DNA of 63,356 bases, the filler included. It is 12 parts of 12 records of this genome, joined end to end, with 100 filler letters (N's around TTAATTAATTAA, not from the genome) between each part and the next. Parts side by side here need not be neighbours in the genome. Positions count along the whole stretch, not along the records: positions 1 to 6,599 come from SRR15195285_5463; positions 6,700 to 9,810 come from SRR15195285_5468; positions 9,911 to 13,509 come from SRR15195285_5472; 9 more parts are not named here. One strand, written 5' to 3'. Shown here in pieces: positions 1 through 11,031 of the stretch. The number at the start of each line of letters is the position of its first letter. Position 1 is the first letter of the stretch. Below the pieces are notes generated by a model. It searched no databases and was not told the origin of the DNA. It worked only from the letters and a program-made list of their open reading frames with translations. Position numbers and translations under genes: made by a program.

Positions 1-1084
1 CAGCAGCAGCAGCAGCAGCAGCAGCCGCCACGCCAGCAGTATCGTTCGAGTCGTCATCGTCTTCCGCGCCACGCTGCTCAAGCTTCGCCGTCAGTGCGTT
101 GAATCGCTGATTATGCTCCGCGTCGCTCTGAAACTCGGCCACCTGCACCGCTGCCGCTGGTGTGCTACGAGCTACAGTTGCCCTTTGCCACGTCCCATCG
201 AACAGGCAGCGAACCTTTGCGCTGTCCTCGTAATTGTCCTGTGGCGGCATATCTGCGAAGTCCTTCGCTACAGTCTTGTCCAGTGGTGGTCGCAGACGAG
301 CTCTCACATCCTTAGCCCGCACCATCGTTGTCGATCCGTCCGCCCACATTACTTCCACGTCAAAACCTGGGTAGACGTTGTCGCTACTACCGGACACTCT
401 GTGGGCTGCTGCGTGCCGTGCTGCTCCCTGATTGGCCTCAGCAACACCCGTCAATACGCCAGCTCCGGGATTGGCAATAGCGTTGCTTGCCTTGTCCAGC
501 TGAGCGTGCCGCCGCCGGCTTCGCTCGTACTTGGACAGCTTTGACGGAATGCCAGATGTTCGTGGAGTCTCTGGCTCCGGTTCCGGCTCTGGGACGACTT
601 GAGAGCAGCGCTGCTGCGCCCACTCCATCGCGTCACCGACAACCTCACAGACAGCCTCCTCACCAACGTGCTCCTGGCACAGCTGCACGAGTAATTGAAC
701 GAGCACGTCGTGGTCTTCCCAGGGGCGCAGTGCTGCAGCCCATTGCAGCGAGCCCGTAATCACGGCAGGGCAACAGGACGGATACCCCACACACGGCAGC
801 TCGCAGTGAAGCCGTAGTAGGTCGGTGGTCTCTCCGTCCCCTTCCACCTGCAGCTCCAGGTCGAATGAGAGCGGCGTTGCGTCGCCCAGCGTATCACCAC
901 CCTCCCCCGTCTCGATGAAGGCTCGCAGTTCAGCTGACTGCGTGGAAAATGCCTCGCCATAGATGGCAGCCACAGCGCTGAGCTCATCCAAGGCCCTCTG
1001 CCGGTCCTCAGCCTGCTCCTCAGAAGTGTAGCTGGCAGGCAGTGTAGAGTCATCCGACACCGGAGATTGCGCTGCGCCCTTCAT
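1..1084 (-). CDS. RWD-domain protein with a Tudor/SH3-like C-terminal region (3'-partial; missing from the ORF track because it runs off the window edge)
   Basis: Hand translation from the ATG at 1084 is open to position 1: MKGAAQ...DELSAVAAIYGEAF...LPCVGYPSCCP...HVGEEAVCEVVGDAMEWAQQ, matching the RWD pattern (E-ExxALxAIY, YPxxxP, terminal helix). Then PEPEPE, DVEVMWADGSTTMV and KVRCLFDGTWQRATV, ending in poly-Ala encoded by the (CAG)n run. Confidence 0.7.
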   Translation of the reverse strand, partial: MKGAAQSPVSDDSTLPASYTSEEQAEDRQRALDELSAVAAIYGEAFSTQSAELRAFIETGEGGDTLGDATPLSFDLELQVEGDGETTDLLRLHCELPCVGYPSCCPAVITGSLQWAAALRPWEDHDVLVQLLVQLCQEHVGEEAVCEVVGDAMEWAQQRCSQVVPEPEPEPETPRTSGIPSKLSKYERSRRRHAQLDKASNAIANPGAGVLTGVAEANQGAARHAAAHRVSGSSDNVYPGFDVEVMWADGSTTMVRAKDVRARLRPPLDKTVAKDFADMPPQDNYEDSAKVRCLFDGTWQRATVARSTPAAAVQVAEFQSDAEHNQRFNALTAKLEQRGAEDDDDSNDTAGVAAAAAAAAA

Positions 1085-2263
1085 AGCTGCTATATCACGG
1101 GCGACCACCTCGATCGCCCTCGCGTCGGCCAGAGGCCGGCGCCGGCGCCAGCATGCACGAGGCACGAGGCACCCGTCTTCCTGCTGAAAAACGGTACAGT
1201 ATCCAGGATTAGAACTGAGTGTTGTAAAATGTGGATTCGATGCACCGGTTACTCCTCTTAGATTTGTCATATGGATTCCTACTAGAGAGGCCTACTGTAC
1301 AGCTGTACGTGTACCTCGGTACTAGATCTAGTACGGTATCAGCTATCACTGTATGAGATAATTGTTCATCCGGTACGCGGTATCCTGATAGTAGAATTTA
1401 GAAATTCCTAGCTGGCCCGTGGAACTTCCCTTCCGGGTTTCTGCAGTCGTCGAACATGAACAATGATCCGCCTCGCAAGGTCACAAGCGAAAGGCGAAGA
1501 GTTCAGTGACGGAGCGAAATTCCGGCGGGAAATTCCGGTGCAGCCAGCAGAGCGCGAAGAAAGCCCCCCAGCTACCGAGTGCGGTAGGATCCAGCATCCC
1601 GTCTCCCCCTCTGCAAAATTCATCAGCTCCACACTCTTGGTTCTTGTCACCCTCTGCAGCTAGGCGGAAACTAGCAGTCTCATTTTCATACTCAAATGAT
1701 ATTCACATTTCCTGTCCCCCTTTGGACCTGACCCGTCTCTACTGGACTTGCTCGGAATGGTCCAAATAGGCCAATTCCAGTCCCTGCCTCCCCCTCGCCC
1801 CGATTCCCCCAACACCACGGCGGCTACACAAATAGGCCGAGACTCCACCGTGGCTTGCGCCTGAAATGGCATCGCGCGGACGCACCGCCTCGGCGAATTC
1901 CCTGGCTCTCCGCCCAGTCATTTCCCCCAGTCAATTTCTCAGCCGTCGTTCCGCGCGATTCGCGTGCGTAACGCGGGGGTGCGCAGGGGCAAGGGGGAGG
2001 GGGGCGGTTATCTAGCCGAGGAGCTCGGGGCAGGCGGCACGGTCTACGTCGGCTGCTGAGGCAGGCGGAGGAGGGGTAGAGGGAGGGTTGGGGGGAGGGG
2101 GGAGTAGGGTGGTGGGGCACGGTGAAGGCTGGGTGGAAGTTTGGTAATCGCGGGGTCTCGTCCGGCCGGCGCGCCTTTGAGAAGAGAGCGTGGCGGCAGA
2201 CGTCGTTCCAGACGGGAAGTTGAGTCGCGCCTGGGTGCGCGATCGGTGACTGGAGCGGTTGCG

Positions 2264-2917
2264 ATGTCGGAGGTTGCAGCGATGACGCCGGGGTCGATGA
2301 CACCAGGGGCGACTGTGGGGCCACCACCGGCTCCGGGAGCGAGGACATCGCCTTCGCCGAGGACGCCTTCTCCGGTGTGGGACATGCTGGGAGACCCGGA
2401 AGAGCAGGGACAGGCCGAGAGCCAGGCTCTGCCGCTCTACTTGACTTCCGGCCACGCTGCTCTCGGAGACTCCGTGGCGGCATCCGGTGGTGGCGTCGCA
2501 GCTAACGTGACTGCCATCTCGACAACCCCGGCGGCTGGAAACGCGGCGCCACCGCATCCACTCGGCGCGTCTGTCGTGGCAGCAGTGGTGGTGGATCCAC
2601 CGGGAGGCATTGCTGCGAGCCCTGAGACGCCGGGGGCCGTGATCAGGCGCCTGCCACCGGCGGCCGCAGCCGCAGGCCCAGGGAAGCGCAAACTTGATTC
2701 GATGAGCAACGGGGGCCTCATGCTCCCATTTCCGCTTCACCTCGAGGCCCGCGCCTCCGGTCCGGCGTCCGCAGTTGGGGCAAACGCAGGCGCGAACGCA
2801 GCTGCAATCGCTGGATGCTTTGAATCTACGCCACAGGGCACGGAGCTCGGGGAGCAGAGGTACCCGAAGAGGGCAAGGCAGACCTCGGAAACTGAGATTC
2901 GCTTTGCGATGTTCTGA
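2264..2917 (+). CDS. Hypothetical low-complexity Ala/Pro/Gly-rich protein with NLS-like motifs
   Basis: First ATG of ORF 2141..2917 is at 2264 (MSEVAAMTPG). Contains GKRKLD and PKRAR. No recognisable domain. Confidence 0.3.
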   Translation: MSEVAAMTPGSMTPGATVGPPPAPGARTSPSPRTPSPVWDMLGDPEEQGQAESQALPLYLTSGHAALGDSVAASGGGVAANVTAISTTPAAGNAAPPHPLGASVVAAVVVDPPGGIAASPETPGAVIRRLPPAAAAAGPGKRKLDSMSNGGLMLPFPLHLEARASGPASAVGANAGANAAAIAGCFESTPQGTELGEQRYPKRARQTSETEIRFAMF

Positions 2918-3263
2918 TGCGGGTCCGCGGAAGAACGCGATGCCAACGCGTGCTAGGCATCTGGTCGGAACCAGTAGAATGTGAATGTGTGCAGCTGCGT
3001 TAGGTCTGGTTTGTAGGACGGGATGAACCTCACAGTTACAGTGTGCTGTTAACAACGAACAGGACCGCAGTCCTTTATATGTCTTGCACGGGCAGCTATG
3101 GTCACCGGAGCGGCGCGCTAGCGCCAGCGCTGCCAACAATCCCATGCACCCCGGTGTTATGCCGCCCGCTCCTGCCCCGTGAGCTAAGTCAGCGTCTCTG
3201 GGGTCACCGTCGGCTTGTTCGCTGCAGCAGTCAGTCACTCTTCTGGCCTCTTTCGGCTGGGCT

Positions 3264-6200
3264 TCAGCAGCGCGCCTGGCGTTTGAGCGCGCGTCCGAAC
3301 GTCACCGGGCAGCCTGCGCGTTTGAGACTGGACCACAAACTGAGTAGGCTGTACCACCGGGTCATTGTCGCCTGCTCCTGCTCCGAGCGCTCTTTGAAGT
3401 CCTTGGCCGACAGTTCCGGTTCAAGAGCTTCGACGATCTCCTTCTTCACGAAGGTTGCTGAGCCGACGGGATCCTGCTCGGCCACGAGAGCCGCCTCGTC
3501 AACCTTTTCCCACTCCGCCTGCGTGAACTGCAGCCCCCCCTCGTGTTGGAGTCGACGCAGCTCCATCGGCTTGCCGTGGTCGCCAAACGCCGTCAGCAGA
3601 TGCCCTACGATCGTCGACTGCTTCACAGCATTCTTGGGATTGCCCTTCGCGTCGATCTGGTTGAGCGCGATGCTTTCCAGGTGCTGGCCTTGCTCCGCCC
3701 AGCGCTCGTACGAAATCAGCCACGGCTTCTTGGTTTTGCCCGGCTGGCTGTTAGAGAACGGCCAAGGCGCGGCCGGTCGGAAGATCCCATCCGGCAGAAG
3801 AAGCACCGGAGCAGCGCCGCCTGCTGCCGAGGCCGACGGACCCTGATCAACTCCAAGCCCGAGGTCCAACAGCGCCTTTGATGTTGTTGCAGCGAGGGTT
3901 GTGACAGAGGAAGATCGGAGGCCAAGAGACTTCAGGCCCTCGGTGGTCTGGATTTCGGAATACGCAATCTGCTTCGCTCGGTAGTCCGGCAGGATTGTTG
4001 CGGGTGCCATCTGAAGCTGCTGTGCCTCCGCCGCGCGCCATTCCAAAATCTTGGAGAGCAGTGCCTCCAGCTTCGTCCGCCTCTCGGGGCTAGAGTTCTT
4101 CAGCCGCCGCACCCAGTTGAGCTCAGCCTTTAAGATCGGGCCGTCGCCTTCATCAAGCTCTTTCTTTGGGATCTTCGACAGCTTGACTCCGGAGTCTTCG
4201 AGCTCCTTGCGTTGCTTCGCAGCTTTCTCTGCCTCAGCTTCTTCAATCCGCCGAATCGCAGCTGGAACGGGAAGGACTATCGGGCGGCCGGATCTGAGCG
4301 CTTCGTAGCCCTGCGGACCGAGCTCGTACACTTCGTATCCTCTTTTAGAGTAGCTACTTTTCTCGGTCCTGACAGAAGCGTAGCCCTTTTGGCGTAGCGC
4401 CGCGATCACCTCACGGATAAGTTCTGGGCGCCGCATCTTCGGGCTGAGCCCTTCATCAAACTGCTGGCGCATCGGCGCTAGAGCAGACAGAGCAGCGGCC
4501 TCAGTCGCGCCGATGAATCTGTCATTAGAATCGCGGCGCTTTGTACCTTTGAATGATCCCGAGACGAGCTCCAACACTTTGCCCAATGCAAACGCGTAGC
4601 TACCTTTCGAGAATTCCAGGCACTTCAGGATGAGCCGAGATACAGGGCCGAAGTCGCGCTCCATGTCGCCCTGGTGCTTCGCGGCTGCCACGCAGTTGTC
4701 GCACGCTTCGCATCGGTCCCACGGCGGGAACTCCTTGAAGAACTCGAGAATCATTCGGCGGCGGCACCGGCAACCCTCTGCAGCGAACTTGCGCAGTGCA
4801 TCAATCGAAGCCTCTGTCGCCTTGCGCTTCTCCGGTGTGAGGTTGCCCAGATAGAAATCGTCTTTGTACCGAGTGAAATCACTCTCGCTGCAAATCATCT
4901 CACAGCGTGCCGGGAGACCATCGCGCCCAGCGCGACCGATTTGCTGGTAGTATTCTTCTACAGTCTTCGGCGCCCCGATGTGAACAACGCGCCTGATATC
5001 GGGCTTGTCGATGCCCATGCCAAACGCAACAGTCGCGACAACAACTTGCGTCCTGCCAGACAGGAAGCTGTAGTGTGTGTCCTTGCGCTGCTGCGGAGAG
5101 AAACCCGCATGATACTGCTCCACGCGGACGCCAGTCTTTCCGAGTGCATTCGCCAGATATCCGCCGACCTCCTCAACGGTCCGCCGCGCGACACAGTATA
5201 CGATTGTGCAGCCGCCCGTCGCGCCCGCACTCGTGAGGTCACGTATGAGAGGCGCCAGGTGGCTATGCATGTTTTCGTTGTGAATCTTGCGCCGCACAAC
5301 GATCTCGAGGTTGGTGCGGTCGAATGTCTTGCTTGCGATGAAAGGCGAGCGGAGCTGAAGCGACTCGGCTATCGATGCGCGAACTTTCGGCACTGCGGTC
5401 GCTGTCAGGGCGACGATCGGTACGTTCGGGTACGCAGCGCGGAAGCACCCGAGCTGTGTGTACGAGGCGCGGAAGTCGTGTCCCCATTCTGAGATGCAAT
5501 GTGCCTCATCCACCGCCAGCATCCCGACGGCCCCGCGCTCAATCAGAGGCTGGAGACGGTCGAGAAACGAGGTGTAGAGCTTTTCCGGCGTGACGTATAC
5601 CAGCTTGAACTCGCCGCTGAGCGCGCGGCCCTCGACGGAGCCGTCCATCTGCGAAGAGCCGAGGAAGCAAGCGATTTCCGCACCACCACCGATCGTGTGG
5701 TTGAGCGCAGCGACCTGATCTGTCATGAGTGAAATCAACGGCGAGACAACCAGCGAAATCCGGCCCGTTGTCAGCGCGGGCAGCTGGTATACCAGAGATT
5801 TCCCCTGGCCAGTCGCCCAGAACACGCACGCGTCGCGGCCTTGGCACACGGCGCGCAAGACATCCAGCTGGCCCGGGCGGAAGTCCTCGTGGCCGTAGAC
5901 CTGCTGCAGAGCCGTCAGGAGCTGTGCGTCGGAGACCGAACCCACCGGCGACGGCGCTGCGGCGCACAGCGTGGCCTGCTTCGACACCACGTCCACCACC
6001 GCCCGCGGCTGCTGCGGCGGCGGCTGCTGCTGCTGCTGTCCTGCCGCTCCTGTACTGCTCAGCTCCGACATGAAGTCATCCGGCACTTCCTGCTCATGCT
6101 GTGAGAGCTGCTGCCCCCCGCCCCCAGCCAGCCCCGCCAGAAACTCCTCTTCCGCGCCCCAGTCCACCTCCTGCTCTGCGCTGTAGTCCGCCACCTCCGG

Positions 6201-6599
6201 CGCCGCGTCGGGCGGCGAGGCCGGCGGCGAGACCTTAGCCGGGCCGGCCTTCACCGGCGCTCCTCCTATACCCAGACACACAGACAGAGAGACGGTGAGT
6301 GAGTGACACACGAGAAAACCCAGAGGACAGGCAGTGACTGGCACACCGAGAGAGACACAGACGTACGCGCACACAGGCGCAGCCAGAGCAAGGCACGCAG
6401 ACAGACACACACACAGACAGAGGAGACACACACAATGGACGCTATGCTATGCTGCTGAGCACACCAGCACAAATGTACAGACAGACAGACACAGCAGGCA
6501 GGCAGAGGCACACAAACACAGGACACAGCCAGGCAGAAGCATAGCAAAGCACAGCACAGCACAGCACAGACCTCCTCCTCCTCCTCCTCCTCCTCCTCC
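3264..6599 (-). CDS. RecQ-family DNA helicase (helicase core, Zn/RQC, HRDC, C-terminal HTH), 5'-partial; probable intron 6266..6571
   Basis: Motifs ATGQGKSLVYQLPA, DEAHCISEWGHDFR, TAT, VATVAFGMGIDKPDIR, YYQQIGRAGRDG; Zn site CRRRMIL...CEACDNC; HRDC-like LEWRAAEAQQLQMAPATIL; HTH-like LESIA...QSTIVGHL. The Cys/Val-rich start of the track ORF is better read as a GT(6571)..TAG(6266) microsatellite-rich intron after a poly-Gly exon. Confidence 0.95.
6266..6599. repeat. Microsatellite-rich intron (ACAC/ACAG/GCACA) followed by a (CCT)n run at the contig end
   Basis: Directly visible. The contig terminates inside (CCT)n. Confidence 0.85.
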
Positions 6600-6699
6600 N
6601 NNNNNNNNNNNNNNNNNNNNNNNNNNNNNNNNNNNNNNNNNNNTTAATTAATTAANNNNNNNNNNNNNNNNNNNNNNNNNNNNNNNNNNNNNNNNNNNN
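6600..6699. other. Artificial contig spacer N44-TTAATTAATTAA-N44
   Basis: All-frame-stop linker flanked by N runs; the same 100-bp structure occurs 11 times. Confidence 0.99.
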
Positions 6700-7252
6700 A
6701 CCAACCCATCTGAGTCTCCCCGTGGTCGAGTCAAATCCAGAATCCCGATGATGGATCGAGCGGAGACGCGGTACCGGGTGCATTAATAGCAGACCGGCCG
6801 AAAAGCTGAAAATAGCTGAAAGACCTCGGCCGGGCATGCGGCCGGGGCCGAGGATTCGGAATTTCCTACTGGTCAGGAGAGCTTGAGTCGATTGACACTC
6901 TGATGCAACAGCGCAGAGTCTATTATCCCGGCTATCCCTAGCTAGAGCAAAGAGCATTACAGTACCGGTACTGTACTATTCATAGCGGATAGTAGCTACA
7001 ACCGCCGCCTGGGCGCCTCTGTTGCGTCGTCCCTCGGGGCAGGGTAGGGAGGGCAGGGCGGGGTGCCTATCCCCCCGCGCCGTGCCTATCGCGCCGAACG
7101 ATCTTGTGCCGTACTACGGCACGCGGCAGGTCTGCAGTTGCCCAAGCAGGGGCTGAAGACCAAATCGCATACGTGTGTGCGACCCGCGCGCTGGGGCCGT
7201 TGAGCGCTAATATCGGGGCCGACTCGTCCCGTCGCCAAGCGGGTGCGGGGCG

Positions 7253-9810
7253 ATGGGACGTGGGACGATGGGCAGCGATGCGGGCGACAAATATGCAGTC
7301 ACAGCTGTCGGGGGCACACGCAGCAAGGCACCAGGCCAGCTTGCGGCACTGCCGGGGATGTCGCCCGGCCGCGACGTGGAGGCCGGGGGTCTCGACAAAG
7401 ACAGCATCATGAAGTTCTACAAGAAGCGCACGATCCTGCCCCAAGAGAAGCTCGGTGCTGCGGCCGACCTAAAGCGTAACACCAAGGATATGGGTTTCGC
7501 GCAGGATGACTTTCGGCTGGACCCCGAGGAGGTTGCGTTTCTCAGGACGCTCAAGGAGGAGTATGCCAACAGGCGGCGATGGCGTTGCTGGCATAAGACG
7601 TGCCTGGTGATCTTTATTGAGCTGGTCTTCATCTTCTTCGGGGCAGTTTACACGCAGTCGTGGTTCAACATCAAGCCGATGAAGGACGGGGTCCAGTCGG
7701 ATGGGCCGGTGATCGGGGCTGGGCTAGTTGTATCGGACGCGCACGACGACCAGCACGTGCTGGTACACAGTGGCACCGGCGAGGCCACGATGGAGCTGCG
7801 GGCTGCTGGTGCTGGCAGCTTGGCCGGCATCGTGCTTTCGGGGGAGAAAATCCCAGGGAGGGGCAGCGATCGTTTTAGCCTTTCTGCCCCAGATGCGGGC
7901 CATTTCACAATAGCACAGGGGAGCACGTCGCGCTTCAAGGTGGACCCGTTAGACGGGAACGATGGCGACGTTGATATCGAGCTGGATCCTGGGCCGACGG
8001 GTGAGGTGACTGTGCATGACGACGTCAGCATCGGCGCGGCTCACATCCGCACACGCTCGTCAAACCTGACGGTTGAAGCTGCCAACAACTCAGATGTGCG
8101 GCTTGTCACCGAGGGCAACGGGACCGTGAGAATACACAGTCGCAACACCGTGTCCGACGGCAGTGTGGAAGTTGCAGGCACCTGCTTGGTTGGCGGCGAC
8201 ACGACATTGGAGTCGTCGCTGCATGTGGGCAGCGACATGTCGGTTGGTAGAGACTCTACGTTGGATGGGTTGCTCACAGTGGGAGGCGAGAGCACGTTCA
8301 GCTCGCACGTGACGGTGAGTGGGCGTCTCGACGTGAACTCGGAGGCGGTGTTGCGCCAGAATGTCCAGGCCCGGTCGCTTGAAGTGGTCGACCGGCTGGA
8401 TGCCTCCGGACACATGTTCATTGGCACGTCCAACATGGATCAGCTGTATATTCAATCGCACATATCGTCACGTACGCTCATTTTCGACGAAGACCACAGC
8501 TTTGCCCAGACTGGTGCTGGCAGCCTGCAGATCGAGTTCCCGGATCCTGCCAGGAACGAGCGGATTTCGTTCCCCGAGGAAACCGGAACCGTGCTGACCA
8601 CGATGAGCCCGATCAGCCAGCTGGAGAGGGTGGGTACCCTCACCGGTGGTTCTATAGCCGAAGGTTTTGGTGGTGCTCATATTGCTTGGGGCGAGGTCAC
8701 CGGACCTTTCATCACGCACAGTGACGTCAATCTAGGAGACAGCGACTTCGACCTCATCAGCCTCACTGGGCGTATGACGAATGAAATACTGGTATTTGAC
8801 GCAGATGCGGACGGCGTGGCTTTGACAGTGAGGTTTCCAGACCCGACCTCGTCTTATCAGGGCAATTACATAGAATTCCCAGATGGCGAATCTGGGACAG
8901 TTCTCACTACTGTAAGTCCGGTCAGCTCGTTGGAAGAGGTTGGTGCTTTGGTGAATGGTTCGATCGTTGAAGGCTTCGGCTCGGCACATGTGCAGTCTCT
9001 GATAAGCAGCACGAGCTCCCATCTCCGAGGGGATTCGATTATTGGTTCCCGACGCGAGGATGAGCTCTTCATCTCGGCACACATCAGTAGTCCGTCCATG
9101 TTTTTTGACGCCGACTCTGATGGTCAGGGGATGCAGGTCGTTTTTCCAGACAATGAAAACCGAGTTGTGACATTCCCGAACGAGACAGGTACGGTCTTGA
9201 CAACGGCTTCAGACCTGTCCACTTTGAAGCACGTGTCTGGGCTTCTTTCTGGCTCGTTAGAGCCTGGCTTCGGGTCGGCAACTGTGGCATCGTTGCACTC
9301 AACGGGTGACACGTTCCTGGACGCGGATGTGTCCATCGGCCTCTCTACCGAGGAGTCGCTGACAATTCGCTCAACAATTCGTACTCAGAATCTGATTTTC
9401 GACGAGAACGCAGACGGAACAAATGTTTTGACGGTGTTCTTCCCAGATCCAGCTGGCCCGGAGACCATTTCCTTCCCGGCTGAAACAGGGGAGGTGCTCA
9501 CTACTGTCAGCTTGGGCTCGTCGCTCACGTCAGTGGGCACACTTGCAGTCGGTGCTCTTGGCCCTACGTTCGGGGATGCGTCCGTAGCATCGCTCGATGC
9601 GCGCGGCAACAGTGTATTGCGCCATGACGTGGACATCGGGACAAATCAGCAGGACAGGTTGGCGATCAATGCTCATATAACATCGAGGATTTTGGTGTTC
9701 GACGCGGACTCTACCGGCGGCCGAATGTCGTTCTCGTTCCCTGATCCATCAGCGGACAGATCCATTGTAGTTCCTGACGAAAGCGGCAGCATGCTGACTT
9801 CATCCAGTCG
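7253..9810 (+). CDS. Type II membrane protein with a beta-helix-like segment and at least five ~100-aa phage-tail-fibre-like repeats (3'-partial)
   Basis: Single TM segment CLVIFIELVFIFFGAVY. Short-period repeats LxVGGDTTLxxxLxVG. Repeats FDxD...FPDP...IxFPxETGTVLTTxS..SxLxxVGxLxxGSIxxGFG with FD at about 8483, 8795, 9104, 9398 and 9698. Confidence 0.8.
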
Positions 9811-9910
9811 NNNNNNNNNNNNNNNNNNNNNNNNNNNNNNNNNNNNNNNNNNNNTTAATTAATTAANNNNNNNNNNNNNNNNNNNNNNNNNNNNNNNNNN
9901 NNNNNNNNNN
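9811..9910. other. Artificial contig spacer
   Basis: N44-TTAATTAATTAA-N44. Confidence 0.99.
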
Positions 9911-9980
9911 ACCAGTGACATTCCCTGATCAGACCATGTATCCTGTCCTCTCATGCATGCTCTGAGAGGGGGTAGGACAG

Positions 9981-10947
9981 GAAAATTCCCGCCTTCGAAC
10001 CCGATGTGGTGGCGGAGAGAGGTCTGGGTGCGGTGACGGTTGCGCGTGCATGGGCAGAGGTGGCTTCAAACTTTCACTCGGAGCAGAACTTTGTTCTCGA
10101 GGGCGCGTGCTCGCCGGCTGGCGCTGCTGCCGCCACCACGCCTGCTGACTTCCAGTTTCCATCGGCTGACGCCATTGTGGATGCTTTGCGACAGCATCCA
10201 GACACGCGAATATCTACTGGAATACCGAAAGCGGCACTCGACTTGGGGACAGACACAGATACACAGGCATTCGCCACGGCACTCCACAACGCTCCACTCG
10301 AGGAGGTGCTACGCACTCGCTTTGCGCTCGCGCACTTCAAGCTCGAAGCTTTCGTGCCTGGTGGGTTGCTCGAGGGACTGCGGGAGCAGCTGATCGTGCC
10401 GTGGACCGCAGCGTTGCAAGCAGCTGGCTTCTCCTTCCATCGCTGTTATCCGATCCTTTTCATCACGAACGCTGGTAAGGAGCTCAGCGAGGTCATGCCT
10501 GCTGAAACTAGCTACCACATGGACCAGAGTCACGTCGTTGCCTGGCAAATCTACGGCCGCAAGCGATGGAACTGGTTGAGCAAACCATCTGCCTGGGCAG
10601 ATCGCGAGATGCGGTTGACTCATATCCCTGGGGAGCTACGGCGTCCACGGCAGCTAGTACAGAAGGACGTTGTGCGGCTGGTGATGGGACCAGGGCAAGC
10701 GTTATTCAATAAGCTGCTGACACCACACTGGGTGGAGGCGGTGGAAGGTGACGTGGCAGTCTCGCTCAACCTCTCACATGGTGGGCTGGCGCTAGATGGG
10801 CAGTTGATGCGTAATGAGACCGAGCTCATGCAGTACATGCAGCAGCAGCGACAGGAGAAGGGAAACATGGGCGAGCAGGCATTTCCACCCGTGGGCCAAA
10901 AGACGGCGTGGGAAGGCCTGCCAGGGCAGCACCGCGCAAGGTTCTGA
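9981..10947 (+). CDS. JmjC/cupin Fe(II)-2OG oxygenase (Cupin_4/RoxA-like), probably 5'-partial
   Basis: YHMDQSHVVAWQIYGRKRW (HxD motif), MGPGQALF..LTPHWVEA (distal His), VSLNL. An in-frame stop at 9973 and an AG at 9980 suggest an upstream exon lost in the gap. Confidence 0.8.
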
Positions 10948-11031
10948 CGGAACACCAGCAGCAGGAAATGCACTCGAGTTTATGCCAAGTTCCAGCAATG
11001 AATCGGTTGAATGAAGACAAGCCACGAGGTT

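Noticed and set aside
1824-3238. Long minus-strand ORFs 2012..3238 and 1824..2483
   Set aside because: Arg/Pro/Cys-rich shadow ORFs typical of high-GC DNA, with no domain signal.
6266-6571. Hydrophobic Cys-rich 'signal peptide' on the RecQ ORF (MCLLCLCVCLS...)
   Set aside because: It is translated microsatellite inside a probable GT-AG intron, not a secreted helicase.
7253-9810. Prophage or endogenous virus
   Set aside because: Only one fibre-like gene is present, with a TM anchor and a host-type upstream motif. No capsid, terminase, integrase or polymerase is visible.
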